Part shown: positions 26,045 through 35,264 of the stretch, one piece after another | How positions within the stretch are numbered: position 1 is the first letter of the stretch | Layout of the letters: every line of letters begins with the position of its first letter | From: a virus | Taxonomy: Duplodnaviria > Caudoviricetes | Virus record (IMG/VR): IMGVR_UViG_3300005937_000003 | Location: 17,131 to 81,130 of that record | Length of the DNA stretch: 64,000 bases | Reading direction: 5' to 3' (one strand) | Position numbers and translations under genes: made by a program | The notes under the pieces: generated by a model | The model's database searches: none | What the model was told of the DNA's origin: nothing | What the model saw: only the letters and a program-made list of their open reading frames with translations

Positions 26045-26415
26045 CTGCGACGGCCGCGCAGGCGCATGATGCGCGAGTCGAAGCCCGCCTCCTCCAACGC
26101 CCGCGTCCTGGCCTCGACACGACTGCGGATGGCGCGGCCATCCTCGCACCAGCGGCCGCGTGGGCACAGCCTGCACTCCTGGCAGTGCGCCTGCCACCAC
26201 TGCATCGCCGTCTGCAGGCGGACCATCAGGCGGGCGCGCAGCCTGGCGCACTCGACGCATTGCCTGGTGCCCGTAACGGGATGGCGGCGCACGTTGGGGT
26301 TCGGCTCGCCGTCGATGTCGGTGCGCAGGTCGTGGCCGCGTACACACCGCTCCTTGTCGCTCTGCCAGTGGCTGCCGTCCAGGCGTTTGCCCGACGGGTT
26401 GGTGGCGACCGTCAC
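26041..26415 (-). CDS. Cys-rich phage protein
   Basis: CVRGH...GTRQCVEC motif plus CQECRLC. Confidence 0.6.
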   Translation of the reverse strand: MTVATNPSGKRLDGSHWQSDKERCVRGHDLRTDIDGEPNPNVRRHPVTGTRQCVECARLRARLMVRLQTAMQWWQAHCQECRLCPRGRWCEDGRAIRSRVEARTRALEEAGFDSRIMRLRGRRR

Positions 26416-27203
26416 ACCTGCACCTCCTCGTGCAGCGCGCCGTTGGCGGCCTGGTCCCACGCCAGCGCCTGCTGCGACAACTTGAAGTTGTACGTGCCGT
26501 CCACGACCACCTCGGGCAGCGGCAAGACCTCCTGCTGCAGGCGCTCGATGCTCAGGTCGAGGTAGCTCGGGTTGATGTCGGCGCCGACGAACGGGATGCC
26601 CAGCCGCTTGCACGCCAGGGCGGTGGTGCCGCTGCCCAGGAACGGGTCGTAAACCGTCCAGCCAGGCTTCCACACGTTGCCGATCAGCTTCAGCCAGAAG
26701 GGCAGGTATTTCGGGCAGGGATGGCGGTTGACCATCTGCCCCGTCGCGGTGCGCTGGCGCACGTCGGCGGCCTGACCGATGGGCGTCAGGATGACGTCCT
26801 GCTTGGGGTTGTTGGGCGGCTTGCCGTACAGCAGCACTGGCTCCCACACGTTGAACCACTGCCAGGCGGCGAACGGCTTCTTGGACTGGTTGGGCTTGAT
26901 CCACGGCACGATGCCCGTTGGCCACTCGATCCACGCCACCCACATCTCGAAGTTGACGAAGCCAGGCGTCAGCACCAGCGGCTGCGGCAGCACCTGAAAC
27001 CAGTCGTTGCACCAGTTCATGTACGCGTCGGTGGTGCGCTTGTCGTCCACCAGCGGGCCGTAGTCCATGCCCACGTTGTAGGGCGGATCGGTGACCGTGA
27101 TCACCTGGGCGGGCAGGTCTTCAGTGAGCGCCCGCGTGACGTCGAAGACGTCGCCGCAGTACAGCGTGATCTGGCTAGCCGTGTCGGTGTAATAGGGCTG
27201 CAA
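26412..27203 (-). CDS. DNA adenine/N4-cytosine methyltransferase (beta class)
   Basis: Motif IV DPPYN precedes motif I DPFLGSGTT. Confidence 0.9.
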   Translation of the reverse strand: MQPYYTDTASQITLYCGDVFDVTRALTEDLPAQVITVTDPPYNVGMDYGPLVDDKRTTDAYMNWCNDWFQVLPQPLVLTPGFVNFEMWVAWIEWPTGIVPWIKPNQSKKPFAAWQWFNVWEPVLLYGKPPNNPKQDVILTPIGQAADVRQRTATGQMVNRHPCPKYLPFWLKLIGNVWKPGWTVYDPFLGSGTTALACKRLGIPFVGADINPSYLDLSIERLQQEVLPLPEVVVDGTYNFKLSQQALAWDQAANGALHEEVQV

Positions 27204-27723
27204 GCGTCATTCCTCCCTGGCTCAGGCGCGCCCGCGTGGCTTGCCGCCCGCATTCCGCATCGCACCATACCTGCTGGTCGCTGACAGGCTGCCCGCTGGC
27301 CGTGAAGCCGCGCTTCAGGTCGGCCGCCGTCGGGTGCCCCTTCACGTGTCGAAAGTCGATCTCGCCCAGGCGCAGCAGCGACGTCACCATGCGCCGATAC
27401 CACTGCCAGGGCAGGTTCTTGGGCACCACCACCTGGCTGTCGGGCAAGCCCAAGTGGGCGCGCAGGTAGGCGAGACGGTCGAGCACGTTGCGCGAGTCAG
27501 TCAGCAGCGCCCCGCTCCAGCCGTTGGGCATCGCCTCCAGGGCCAGCATCGCCGCGCACCACTCCATCTGGTTGTTCGAGATCTGGCCGTCCGTTGCCAG
27601 GATGAAGCCGCCGTCCTCGATCACCCTCCAGCCCGTCTGGTCCGCCGCGCACCACGCCCACACGCCCGCCACTGGCGAGGGGTTGCGCTCCACCACGCCG
27701 CCGTCGCTGTACAGCGTCGTCAC
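27175..27723 (-). CDS. RNase H (type I)-like nuclease
   Basis: LYSDGG, NNQMEW, LTDSR, HVKGH, CDAEC catalytic pattern; start uncertain (27723 or 27777). Confidence 0.75.
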   Translation of the reverse strand: MTTLYSDGGVVERNPSPVAGVWAWCAADQTGWRVIEDGGFILATDGQISNNQMEWCAAMLALEAMPNGWSGALLTDSRNVLDRLAYLRAHLGLPDSQVVVPKNLPWQWYRRMVTSLLRLGEIDFRHVKGHPTAADLKRGFTASGQPVSDQQVWCDAECGRQATRARLSQGGMTLAALLHRHG

Positions 27724-27958
27724 CACCCTCGTACCAGCGCCCAAAAGCCCAGAAGAAGACGATGTGCTTACAGACATCGGTGCCCTGGCAACGATAGGCG
27801 TAGTTGGGGCAACTGCACCACGGCGGGTTCAGGTGCAGGTCCACCTGCCAGATGTTCTCGCCATCGGCCGCCGCGATGGCGAAGCGCTGCCCACCTAGCA
27901 CCCAGGTTCGTCGTGTCCCGAACATTTCGGTCGCTCGGGTGACCAGTGTCTGATCCAT
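27497..27958 (-). CDS. SWIM Zn-finger protein; C-terminal tail overlaps the RNase H gene
   Basis: WCSCPNY...CKHI. Confidence 0.65.
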   Translation of the reverse strand: MDQTLVTRATEMFGTRRTWVLGGQRFAIAAADGENIWQVDLHLNPPWCSCPNYAYRCQGTDVCKHIVFFWAFGRWYEGGDDAVQRRRRGGAQPLASGGRVGVVRGGPDGLEGDRGRRLHPGNGRPDLEQPDGVVRGDAGPGGDAQRLERGAAD

Positions 27959-27967
27959 GCCTGTGCT

Positions 27968-28195
27968 TCACAGCCGCCGCCCGTCCCAGCGCCGCATCGC
28001 CTCCATCACGCTGAGTTGATCGGGTACGCTGCCGCTCCACTCCCCCGTCGTGCCGTGTGCGGCGATCCGCACGAAGCACCAGTAGGCGAGCCAGCGCGGC
28101 ATGCGCCATGCCAGCCACATCGCGGCTCGCTCGCGGGCACGCCCCACGCGCTCCGTTTGAGCGTAGATCACGCGGCTGGCAAGCATCGGCGTCAT
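27968..28195 (-). CDS. Conserved phage hypothetical protein
   Basis: WLAWRMPRWLAYWCFVRIAAHGTTG pattern. Confidence 0.6.
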   Translation of the reverse strand: MTPMLASRVIYAQTERVGRARERAAMWLAWRMPRWLAYWCFVRIAAHGTTGEWSGSVPDQLSVMEAMRRWDGRRL

Positions 28196-28229
28196 GCGGC
28201 GCCATCATGGAGCTTGGCGGGCATGCGCG

Positions 28230-28493
28230 TCAAGCGGGCGAGTCGTAGCAGTTGCAGGGATGCGTCTGACCGCCCTGGCAGTGGCACTTGTGCGGCTCGC
28301 CCTCGGCGGTGCAGATCTGACCGTGGCCGACGCGCAGCTTGGGTGAGTCGTCGTAGCGCTCGCGGTGGGTGTTGCTGGCGACGTCCACGCTGCCGCACAG
28401 GACGCATGGCTCGCCCCAGCGGCCAGGTGCGCCGCACTTGCCGCAGCGCGTCCGCCAGGTGGCACGCGGGTAGGTCGGCTGGGTCTTGGTCAT
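28230..28493 (-). CDS. Cys-rich protein
   Basis: CGKC, CVLC and CHC motifs. Confidence 0.55.
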   Translation of the reverse strand: MTKTQPTYPRATWRTRCGKCGAPGRWGEPCVLCGSVDVASNTHRERYDDSPKLRVGHGQICTAEGEPHKCHCQGGQTHPCNCYDSPA

Positions 28494-28684
28494 GACGCCA
28501 CCGCCCTCTTGGCGTTCAGGCGGGCGACGCCAGCGGCGACCAGGCGCTCCAGTTGCTGGTCGCTCAGGTACACCTCGACGCGGTGGCCGTCGCCTTCAAC
28601 GATGAGCATGTTGCCGCGCTGGCCGAAGCGGTGCGGGGCGAGGCGCACGCTGCGCTCGCGGTTCATGGGGATGCTGACGAGCAT
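28490..28684 (-). CDS. Hypothetical protein
   Basis: Track ORF; AAGGAG RBS. Confidence 0.55.
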   Translation of the reverse strand: MLVSIPMNRERSVRLAPHRFGQRGNMLIVEGDGHRVEVYLSDQQLERLVAAGVARLNAKRAVAS

Positions 28685-28711
28685 TGGTTCTCTCCTTGCT
28701 GCGTAGATGTG

Positions 28712-29173
28712 TCAGGGACGGTCGGGTGTAAACGGGATGAATTGCGGGTCGTGGATGCAGCACGGCTGCGGCGGCATCTGGGGTGTGATCGGGCGGATCT
28801 CGCGTAGCTGGCTCCTGTACAGCGGCAGGAAGCGGTGGTAATCGCACATCGCCAGGGTCTGGGTCTGCATCTCGTCGCGCTCGTGGACGGGCAGGCCTGG
28901 CGCGAGCACGATGCACGTCCAGTCGGCCCACACGAACAGGTAGCCAGAGGCGTGCGCCTGGCCAGCGGCCCCACCGCTCAGGGTCGGGTGGACTACCTCG
29001 ATCACGGCGCGGGCAATCGTCCAGCCCTGGCTCAGGCCGTGCAGGCCCAGGTGCACCCAGGCGTCGGCGGTGGCCACGCCCACCGCGACGCCATACAGCA
29101 GGCCAGGCGCGGGCGGCTTGGCGCGCTGCTCGGGGAAGATCGGCAGGCCCGTCTCGGAATCGACGCGAATCAT
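28712..29173 (-). CDS. Hypothetical protein
   Basis: Track ORF; ATGA overlap. Confidence 0.55.
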   Translation of the reverse strand: MIRVDSETGLPIFPEQRAKPPAPGLLYGVAVGVATADAWVHLGLHGLSQGWTIARAVIEVVHPTLSGGAAGQAHASGYLFVWADWTCIVLAPGLPVHERDEMQTQTLAMCDYHRFLPLYRSQLREIRPITPQMPPQPCCIHDPQFIPFTPDRP

Positions 29174-29412
29174 CGGCCCAGACCCTTGGCCCAGGTCATC
29201 ATCGTGGCGCCCTCCAGGCAGCGCAGGTGCAGCCGCGTGAAGGTCGCCTGGCGCGGCTTGCCCTTGCTATCGGGCGCGGTCACGATGCGCACGGTGATCG
29301 AGCACGCGGGGCAGCGCTCGCGCTCCACGATACGCAGGACCACGCCGTCGTGGGCGCGGTAGTCGAGCGCCTCCTCAAGCTCGGGCGCGCTGCTGGTGAA
29401 GCTGGCGGTCAT
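29170..29412 (-). CDS. Hypothetical protein
   Basis: Start re-picked at the ATGA overlap. Confidence 0.5.
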   Translation of the reverse strand: MTASFTSSAPELEEALDYRAHDGVVLRIVERERCPACSITVRIVTAPDSKGKPRQATFTRLHLRCLEGATMMTWAKGLGR

Positions 29413-29606
29413 CGCCTGGCCACGTCGGTCAGCGGGTTGGCCAGCGGCGTGGGCGCCGTGTAGCGCGGCCCGTACGGCCCGTCGCCCAGCAGCACGGTGT
29501 GTCCCTCCTCGACGCCCGTGAGCGCGATTCTGATCGAGGCGACTTCCATCTCGTGCGCGGCCAGTTGCTCGCGCAGTTGCTCGGGTGACACGTACTGCCA
29601 TCTCAT
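29409..29606 (-). CDS. Hypothetical protein
   Basis: MRWQYVSPEQLREQ; ATGA overlap. Confidence 0.55.
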   Translation of the reverse strand: MRWQYVSPEQLREQLAAHEMEVASIRIALTGVEEGHTVLLGDGPYGPRYTAPTPLANPLTDVARR

Positions 29607-29836
29607 TCGGCACCCTCCAGGCGGCGCGTCGAGCGCTGGGCGCCAGGCTCGTTCCAGCCCAGCTTGCCCGTCCATGACGGCGCCTCGGCCGTCTCCTCGT
29701 TGGTCAGCTTGCGGTGGCCACGCTCGTGGCACATGCAGCCGATCATGCGCCCGCCTCGCGCAATCATCGGCTCACACTGGGCGTGCTCGTCGTGCCAGCA
29801 CGCGGTGCAGTGGCGCAGGTACTTCTCGACGGTCAT
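29603..29836 (-). CDS. Cys/His-rich protein
   Basis: CTACWHDEH...CMCH. Confidence 0.5.
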   Translation of the reverse strand: MTVEKYLRHCTACWHDEHAQCEPMIARGGRMIGCMCHERGHRKLTNEETAEAPSWTGKLGWNEPGAQRSTRRLEGAE

Positions 29837-30831
29837 CGGTCCACGACTCCCACGGTCTTCTTGGGCGGCAGGATCGGCAGGTCGGTGCGGTCGGCCAATT
29901 TCATGTACGGCAGGATCAGGCGGCGGATGGTGCCCGTGCGGCCCACGCCCGTGTGATAGCGCTGCCAGTAGCCGCCCGTGGCCAGGCCGACCATCCAGCG
30001 GTGACGATACTCGCGGTCGCTGGGCGCCTCGTCTGGCTCGTCCACGCTCAGGTACTCCTTGCGGCGTAGCTCGATGACGGTGATCTCGGGCGGTGGCTTG
30101 CGGCCCTCGCGCTGCGCCCTGCGGCGGACGGCACGGTCGGCTTGCTGCTTGCGGCGCACGGTCAGCAGTGGCTGGTTGACGAAGTCGAGCGCGGCCGCGA
30201 TGTAGCGCACCTGTAGCTCGGCGCGCTGGTCCATCAGCAGATCGTGGTCGTCGGCGCCGTAGCCCTCGCTGGGTGAGTTGCGGTTGACGCGCCGCAGGCG
30301 CTCGATGATGCCGCTCAGGCTCATGCCCTCCTGGGTGATGTGCAGCAGCCCTGGCTCGCCCGACGGGCGGTGCGACGTCGCCAGGAAGTTGCAGATGAAC
30401 ACCTCGCCGTCGTCCATCACCTGCCAGCCGAAGGCGACCACGTCCAGGCGGAAGTCGAGCGGCACGTCGGCGCGGCGGCGGCCGTTGTCGATGGCCTGCT
30501 GGATGGTCGTCTCGGGCGGCATGGGCAGCTTGAGCGGATGGGCGAAGTGCACGAAGCCGCACGTGGCGGGCAGGTCGGGGATCTTCAGTTCCCAGTCGGG
30601 CATGGTCGGCGCGCAGGCTTCGAGCACGCTGCACAGGTCCGAATCCCAGTAGAACGGCATCGCCGCTTCGAGGGCGATCTGCACGCGTCTGAGCGCGGGC
30701 TGGTACTCGGACACCGTGCCCTTGTACAGGCTGCTGGCCTGGCGCTGGTCGGTCGTGAAGCCCAACCGTCGCACGTGCTGCAGCATGCCCGCCTGGGCCT
30801 CGATGGCGAGGCTGTAGGTCGCTTGTTGCAT
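29833..30831 (-). CDS. Conserved phage hypothetical protein (332 aa)
   Basis: ATG 9 nt after the -10 of promoter B; C-terminal HRWMV...ILPYMK pattern. Confidence 0.7.
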   Translation of the reverse strand: MQQATYSLAIEAQAGMLQHVRRLGFTTDQRQASSLYKGTVSEYQPALRRVQIALEAAMPFYWDSDLCSVLEACAPTMPDWELKIPDLPATCGFVHFAHPLKLPMPPETTIQQAIDNGRRRADVPLDFRLDVVAFGWQVMDDGEVFICNFLATSHRPSGEPGLLHITQEGMSLSGIIERLRRVNRNSPSEGYGADDHDLLMDQRAELQVRYIAAALDFVNQPLLTVRRKQQADRAVRRRAQREGRKPPPEITVIELRRKEYLSVDEPDEAPSDREYRHRWMVGLATGGYWQRYHTGVGRTGTIRRLILPYMKLADRTDLPILPPKKTVGVVDR

Positions 30832-30840
30832 GGTGCGACC

Positions 30841-30883
30841 AATATAAGCGCCAAGCTCAGGTCTGTCAACCATTTCGGTGTCA
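30841..30883 (-). promoter_or_regulatory. Promoter B with dyad operator
   Basis: TTGACA-N17-TATATT; dyad 30864-30883. Confidence 0.8.
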
Positions 30884-31405
30884 GAGCCTGAGCACCTCCT
30901 CGATGGACCAGTCGGGCTGGACGAGCACGTCAGGCCAGGCGCCCGACTTGTCGTAGTGGACCAGCCGCTGGAGCACCAGATCGGGCCTGCCGAAGAAGTG
31001 GCGCGGCCGCAGCACGGCCACCTCCTGGCCCGCCTGAGCCAGCCACAGCGCGTGCTGCGCCTGGTCGGTGGTCAGCTTGCCCTTCTCGCTCTTGAGTTCG
31101 ATCCACAGCACGCCGCCATCGGCCTGCAGCGACGTCGGGATGCACACCCAGTCGAGCACGCCCCACGCGGCGCGGGCGGGCACCGCCTCGATGATGCCCT
31201 CGTGCTCGCGGCCCCAGGCCTCGCGGTGGCCCTGCTTGCGCACGTGCCAGGCGACCCAGCTTCCCAGCCGCAGGCGCTCCTTCAGGCGCTCCTGGGCGTC
31301 CGACTCGTGCCACGTCTTGGGGTTGGTTGGATCGAGCGGGACTTTCCTGTGCGCACGCTGACGGGGCGACTCCTCGATGGGGATGCCCGCCAGGTTGTAC
31401 CTCAC
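30881..31405 (-). CDS. VRR-NUC (PD-(D/E)xK) nuclease
   Basis: GVLDWV...LWIELKSEKGKLTTDQ. Confidence 0.85.
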   Translation of the reverse strand: MRYNLAGIPIEESPRQRAHRKVPLDPTNPKTWHESDAQERLKERLRLGSWVAWHVRKQGHREAWGREHEGIIEAVPARAAWGVLDWVCIPTSLQADGGVLWIELKSEKGKLTTDQAQHALWLAQAGQEVAVLRPRHFFGRPDLVLQRLVHYDKSGAWPDVLVQPDWSIEEVLRL

Positions 31406-31986
31406 GACAGACCCGCCTTCTTGCGCAGCCAGTTGTCGCGGGCAATGCTGCGCCAGGTGAAGGGCGCCTCCTTGGCGTCGATGTCGTGCCACTCGCCCGT
31501 GAACGGGTCGCACACCGCCAGGCGGCCCTTCTCGCCGCCGTAGCGCACGTCGAAGGCGAACTTCTGGCGCGGCGGCTCGTCGGTGCTGCACTGGACGGCC
31601 ATCATGTACGGCCTGCCCTTGACGCTCACGCCCTGGCCCTGCAGCTTGTTGGCCACCTCGTCCCAGACGGCCTTGCGCCTGGCGAAGCGGTCGGCGTCCC
31701 ACTCGGCGCGCTCGTCGGCGGGCCAGCGCGTGCGGGCATGCTCGATCAGGTCGAACAGCATCCACCACGAGACGCCCACGGCGCTGTTGGTCTGGCGGTC
31801 CTCATCCACGCCCAGCACGCCCAGGATGATGCTGGCGCCCCACAGGCAGCGCTCCCCGAAGGCGACGCGCTCGCGCTGCTCGGCCAGTGTCGGATTGTCG
31901 TCCGCGATGGCCAGAATCTTCTCCATCGGGCGGTCGAGTTGCTTCATGCACGCCTCGCGCATCTGGTCCTCGGTCAGCGTGGTCAT
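31402..31986 (-). CDS. Hypothetical protein
   Basis: 194 aa, coupled to dnaB. Confidence 0.65.
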   Translation of the reverse strand: MTTLTEDQMREACMKQLDRPMEKILAIADDNPTLAEQRERVAFGERCLWGASIILGVLGVDEDRQTNSAVGVSWWMLFDLIEHARTRWPADERAEWDADRFARRKAVWDEVANKLQGQGVSVKGRPYMMAVQCSTDEPPRQKFAFDVRYGGEKGRLAVCDPFTGEWHDIDAKEAPFTWRSIARDNWLRKKAGLS

Positions 31987-33503
31987 CAGAACGGCAGATC
32001 CTCAGTCTCGGGCGCGTGGGTGACGTGGCCATTGGTGGACGGCTTCTCGTCATCGGGCAGGATCGTGTGACGGCGGAAGGGCACCACGTTGCCCTGCGCG
32101 AGATCGGCGTAGCGCTCGCAATCGGGGCGCCAGGCGAGCGGGATGACCGACCCGCGACCACGCCCCGCCGCAAGGTCGCGGGCCTTCAGCACGGCCAGCG
32201 ACGCCGTTAGATCCTCGCTGTTAGGGTCGTGGTAATTGGCGCGGTCCAGCCCCAGCGCGATGTCGCAGTCCTGCTCAAGGTCACCCGACTCGCGCAAGTC
32301 ACTCAGGTCGGGCATCTTGTTCGAGCGGTTCATCACGCCGCGTGTAACCTGGGCGGGCGCCAGCACGGTGCATTCCAGCGACTCGGCCATGTCTTTGAGC
32401 GCGTGGCTCGCGACGCTCACGTTCTCGTAACGGTTGGCCCTCGGCCCCGCCTGGTCGCGCAGTAGCTGCACGTAGTCCACTACGATCAGCGCCAGCGGCT
32501 TGCCGATCTCGTCACTCCAGCGCTGCGCCTTGCGGCGGATCTGCTCGGTCGTCCGCGCCTTGGAGTCCCAGGCCAGCGGCATCTCCTGCATGCGCTCGAC
32601 GGCCTCCTTGACCCTGGCCTTCTCGGAGTCGCTGACGTTGCCTCGGGCAAGCTCGTGGCGCAGGACGCCCGTCATCATCGTGATCGAACGCTGGACGAGC
32701 TTGGGCACGCTCATCTCCAGGCTGGCGAAGAAGACGGCACCCTGCTGGTTGGCCACGTTCATCGCGATCTGTTGCGCCAAGATGCTCTTGCCGACGCTGG
32801 TGCGCGCCGCCAGGTAGATCAGGTCGCCTGGCTTGAGGCCCAGCAGCACGCGGTCCAGATCGGCCAGGCCCGTCCGCCAGCCCGCCATGTACTCGCCGCG
32901 TGTGGTGTCCCAGTTCTTGAGCCGCTCCTGCTCAGCCTCCAGTGCCTGCCAGGCGGCCGTCGCGGCGGCGGCGTTGCTGACGGGTTGATCCTCCGCGACG
33001 CGGGCGGCGAGCACGGCCATGCGCCGCATCATCTCGTCTATCAGGTCGTCAGGGTCTTTGTCGTCGCGCCAGGCAGCCTCGGCCAGTTTCTGGGTCAGCG
33101 AGATCAGCCCACGCTGCAGCGACTTGCGCAGCACGATCCTGGCGTAGTGCCCGATGAAGGCCGACGTCGGCGTGGCCAGGCTCAGTTCGCTCAGGTACAG
33201 CAGCCCTCCGCTCAGGTTGTAGGCGCCCTGGCGTTCGAGCATGTCGGCCAGCAGGTGGTAGTCGATAGGCGTGCCCTCGGCCTCCAGCGTCAGCGCGGCC
33301 TTCCAGATGGACTGGTGGCGCATCGAGTAGAAGTGTTTCGGTTCGAGCACGCCCGCCACCAGGCGGATGGCGTTCGGGTTCTTCAGCAGCGCACCCAGGA
33401 CGGCCTCCTCGGCCTGCTGGCTGTGTGGTGGCAAGGTCGAGTCGCGGTCCTCATCGAACGGCCCTCGATCATGGCCGTTGGTGCTGAAGTCGATGACTGT
33501 CAC
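31986..33503 (-). CDS. dnaB: Replicative DNA helicase
   Basis: PPHSQQAEEAVLG; Walker A AARTSVGKS; VVDYVQL; AQVTR; LSDLRESGDLEQDCD. Confidence 0.95.
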   Translation of the reverse strand: MTVIDFSTNGHDRGPFDEDRDSTLPPHSQQAEEAVLGALLKNPNAIRLVAGVLEPKHFYSMRHQSIWKAALTLEAEGTPIDYHLLADMLERQGAYNLSGGLLYLSELSLATPTSAFIGHYARIVLRKSLQRGLISLTQKLAEAAWRDDKDPDDLIDEMMRRMAVLAARVAEDQPVSNAAAATAAWQALEAEQERLKNWDTTRGEYMAGWRTGLADLDRVLLGLKPGDLIYLAARTSVGKSILAQQIAMNVANQQGAVFFASLEMSVPKLVQRSITMMTGVLRHELARGNVSDSEKARVKEAVERMQEMPLAWDSKARTTEQIRRKAQRWSDEIGKPLALIVVDYVQLLRDQAGPRANRYENVSVASHALKDMAESLECTVLAPAQVTRGVMNRSNKMPDLSDLRESGDLEQDCDIALGLDRANYHDPNSEDLTASLAVLKARDLAAGRGRGSVIPLAWRPDCERYADLAQGNVVPFRRHTILPDDEKPSTNGHVTHAPETEDLPF

Positions 33504-34408
33504 AGCTTGGTCCTGTCAACGAAGGGTTCGATGTCGCGAGCGTCCCGGGTGAACCACGGGGAGGGTTCGCTGACCAGCGGGTTGTGCGTCGGCTCGCCCT
33601 TGGCTTTGGCCAGGCGCGCCTCGGCGGCCTTGAGGTTGGTGTTGAAGATCTTGCGATCCTTGATGTCGCGCTGGACCCAGCCCATCGCGTAGCGGTACTC
33701 GGTCTTCCACTTGCGGGCGTTCTCGTGCTCCAGCGCCGAGTCGATCACGTCGTCTAGTGCCTGACGTGACGGGTAAAAGCTCTCGTACTTCTGGTGCAGG
33801 GTGGCGCGCTGCTCGTCGGTCAGCGGCTCAGTCTTTGGCTTGCGCGCCTTCCCGTCTTTAACTTCAACAACAACGTTGTCTTTAAGTACGGGACTTAACG
33901 CGTGCGCGTGCGCGTGCGGCGCGTCAGGTAGAGCCTGACTGTCAGGTAGAGCCTGACGTTGGGCGTCAGGTACAGCCTGACGTTTGAGGCGGCGCGGCGG
34001 GACAAGCCAGCGCATGCGCCAGTGAACCTCGCCGTCGATCACCTGGCGCTGCAACAAGCCCGCCTGGACGGCTTTAGCGAAGTGCTCCGACAGCGTCTGG
34101 CGCGTGATGCCCAGGCGCTTTGCCAGCGTGTACTGCGAGATCGACAGCGACTCGCCGTCGTCGTCCACGAAGTGGGTCATCGCCAGCAGCGTCAGCCTGA
34201 GCGCTGGGCTGAGATCGGTGTCGAACGTCAGGTCGCGGTGCAGGTGACCATAAACCGCCCCCGCCTGGCCTGCTCGAAGCGCCACCTCGCGCTCGTAGGC
34301 CTCTGGCCACACACTATCGGTTGTGGTGGCCTCATCTGTGACACCCAGATGTTGTGTCGTTACACCATTGGCGCTTGCAACGTGTTCGTCGCCGTGTAAA
34401 CTTGACAC
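33500..34408 (-). CDS. Replication initiator (winged HTH, lambda O-like position)
   Basis: SISQYTLAKRLGITRQTLSEHF HTH; GTG after AAAGGA; immediately upstream of dnaB; contains iterons. Confidence 0.75.
   Translation of the reverse strand: MSSLHGDEHVASANGVTTQHLGVTDEATTTDSVWPEAYEREVALRAGQAGAVYGHLHRDLTFDTDLSPALRLTLLAMTHFVDDDGESLSISQYTLAKRLGITRQTLSEHFAKAVQAGLLQRQVIDGEVHWRMRWLVPPRRLKRQAVPDAQRQALPDSQALPDAPHAHAHALSPVLKDNVVVEVKDGKARKPKTEPLTDEQRATLHQKYESFYPSRQALDDVIDSALEHENARKWKTEYRYAMGWVQRDIKDRKIFNTNLKAAEARLAKAKGEPTHNPLVSEPSPWFTRDARDIEPFVDRTKL
33856..33981. repeat. Putative replication origin: three 17-bp palindromic iterons plus an AT-rich tract
   Basis: GTCAGGTA(G/C)AGCCTGAC at 33923, 33941 and 33965; AT-rich 33856-33898. 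Confidence 0.75.
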
Positions 34409-34641
34409 GGTTCTTTCCTTTCAGAAGCCGTCACCCGACACTCTGGCTTGCAAGCGGAGGGGTGACGGTTTCTTGTTGTGTTGGGGATTCTCTCCTTGTG
34501 GGTGCGCTTACCCCTCCTTCCGTCGAGGCGCCCCGTCAGTAGCCTCCGACGCTGGCTGCGGGGGCCTCGGCGCCGACATCGGGAAGGGTGAAAGCACTCA
34601 GCCTACACCCCGCTGCCTGGCCTCAGTCCAGGCACTTGGCG

Positions 34642-35223
34642 TCACGATTCGGCCCCAGCGAAGAAGCGCACCCAATCCTCGTCGCCACGCCCAGCTTCCA
34701 TGTCCGCGTGCAGGTCGAGCGGCACCCCGTCGGGCGTCAGTGCGCGCAGCGGCACCTGGCTGCCCTTGATCGGCTCGACCTCGCCCAGGCGCTCCCACTT
34801 GAGGTGCTCCAGCAGCGTGCCCAGGCGGTTGCGGCCGCCGTGGCAGGCGGGACGGCCGCAGATGCACACGCCCCACCAGTTGTCGTGCCAGGACGTCCAC
34901 TCGATCAGCGCCGAGTCCCAGGACACCAGCTTCTCCTCCAGCAGCCTGTCGCGGAACTTCTCGCGCAGGATGTCGAGCATGACGTCATCCTTGACCTGCT
35001 CCCAGTCGGGCCTGAGCGTGAGCGCCCGCCCCATCGCCTTGGCCTTGCCCGGGCCTGGCGGATGCGGGAAGGCGAACGCCTGGCGGGCCTTGCGGTCGAG
35101 CGTCTTGGCGGATTGAAAGGCCGACTCGACGTCGGCGTACTTGAGGTTGTCCCACAGCAGCGGGGAGTGGGCGAAGTTGCTCGCCCACGAGGGAAACTCG
35201 GGACGGCGCACGGCGGTGGTCAT
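34642..35223 (-). CDS. NADAR (YbiA-like) family hydrolase
   Basis: SNF...ESAFQSAK...GRALTLRPDWEQVKDDVM...KF...HDNWWG...GRNRLG. Confidence 0.9.
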   Translation of the reverse strand: MTTAVRRPEFPSWASNFAHSPLLWDNLKYADVESAFQSAKTLDRKARQAFAFPHPPGPGKAKAMGRALTLRPDWEQVKDDVMLDILREKFRDRLLEEKLVSWDSALIEWTSWHDNWWGVCICGRPACHGGRNRLGTLLEHLKWERLGEVEPIKGSQVPLRALTPDGVPLDLHADMEAGRGDEDWVRFFAGAES

Positions 35224-35233
35224 GGCCGACCAG

Positions 35234-35253
35234 TGTAACCCAGTCGGGTGTCA
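35234..35253. promoter_or_regulatory. Dyad operator overlapping the -10 of the NADAR gene
   Basis: TGTAACC-CAGTCG-GGTGTCA; TACACT 8 nt before the ATG on the minus strand. Confidence 0.6.
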
Positions 35254-35264
35254 TGACGCACACC

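Noticed and set aside
20075-33503. Inteins or introns in TerL or DnaB
   Set aside because: Lengths are normal and motifs are contiguous; no C...HN splice signature
34402-34430. Plus-strand TTGACA near the initiator start as an antisense promoter
   Set aside because: No -10-like hexamer at 16-18 bp spacing
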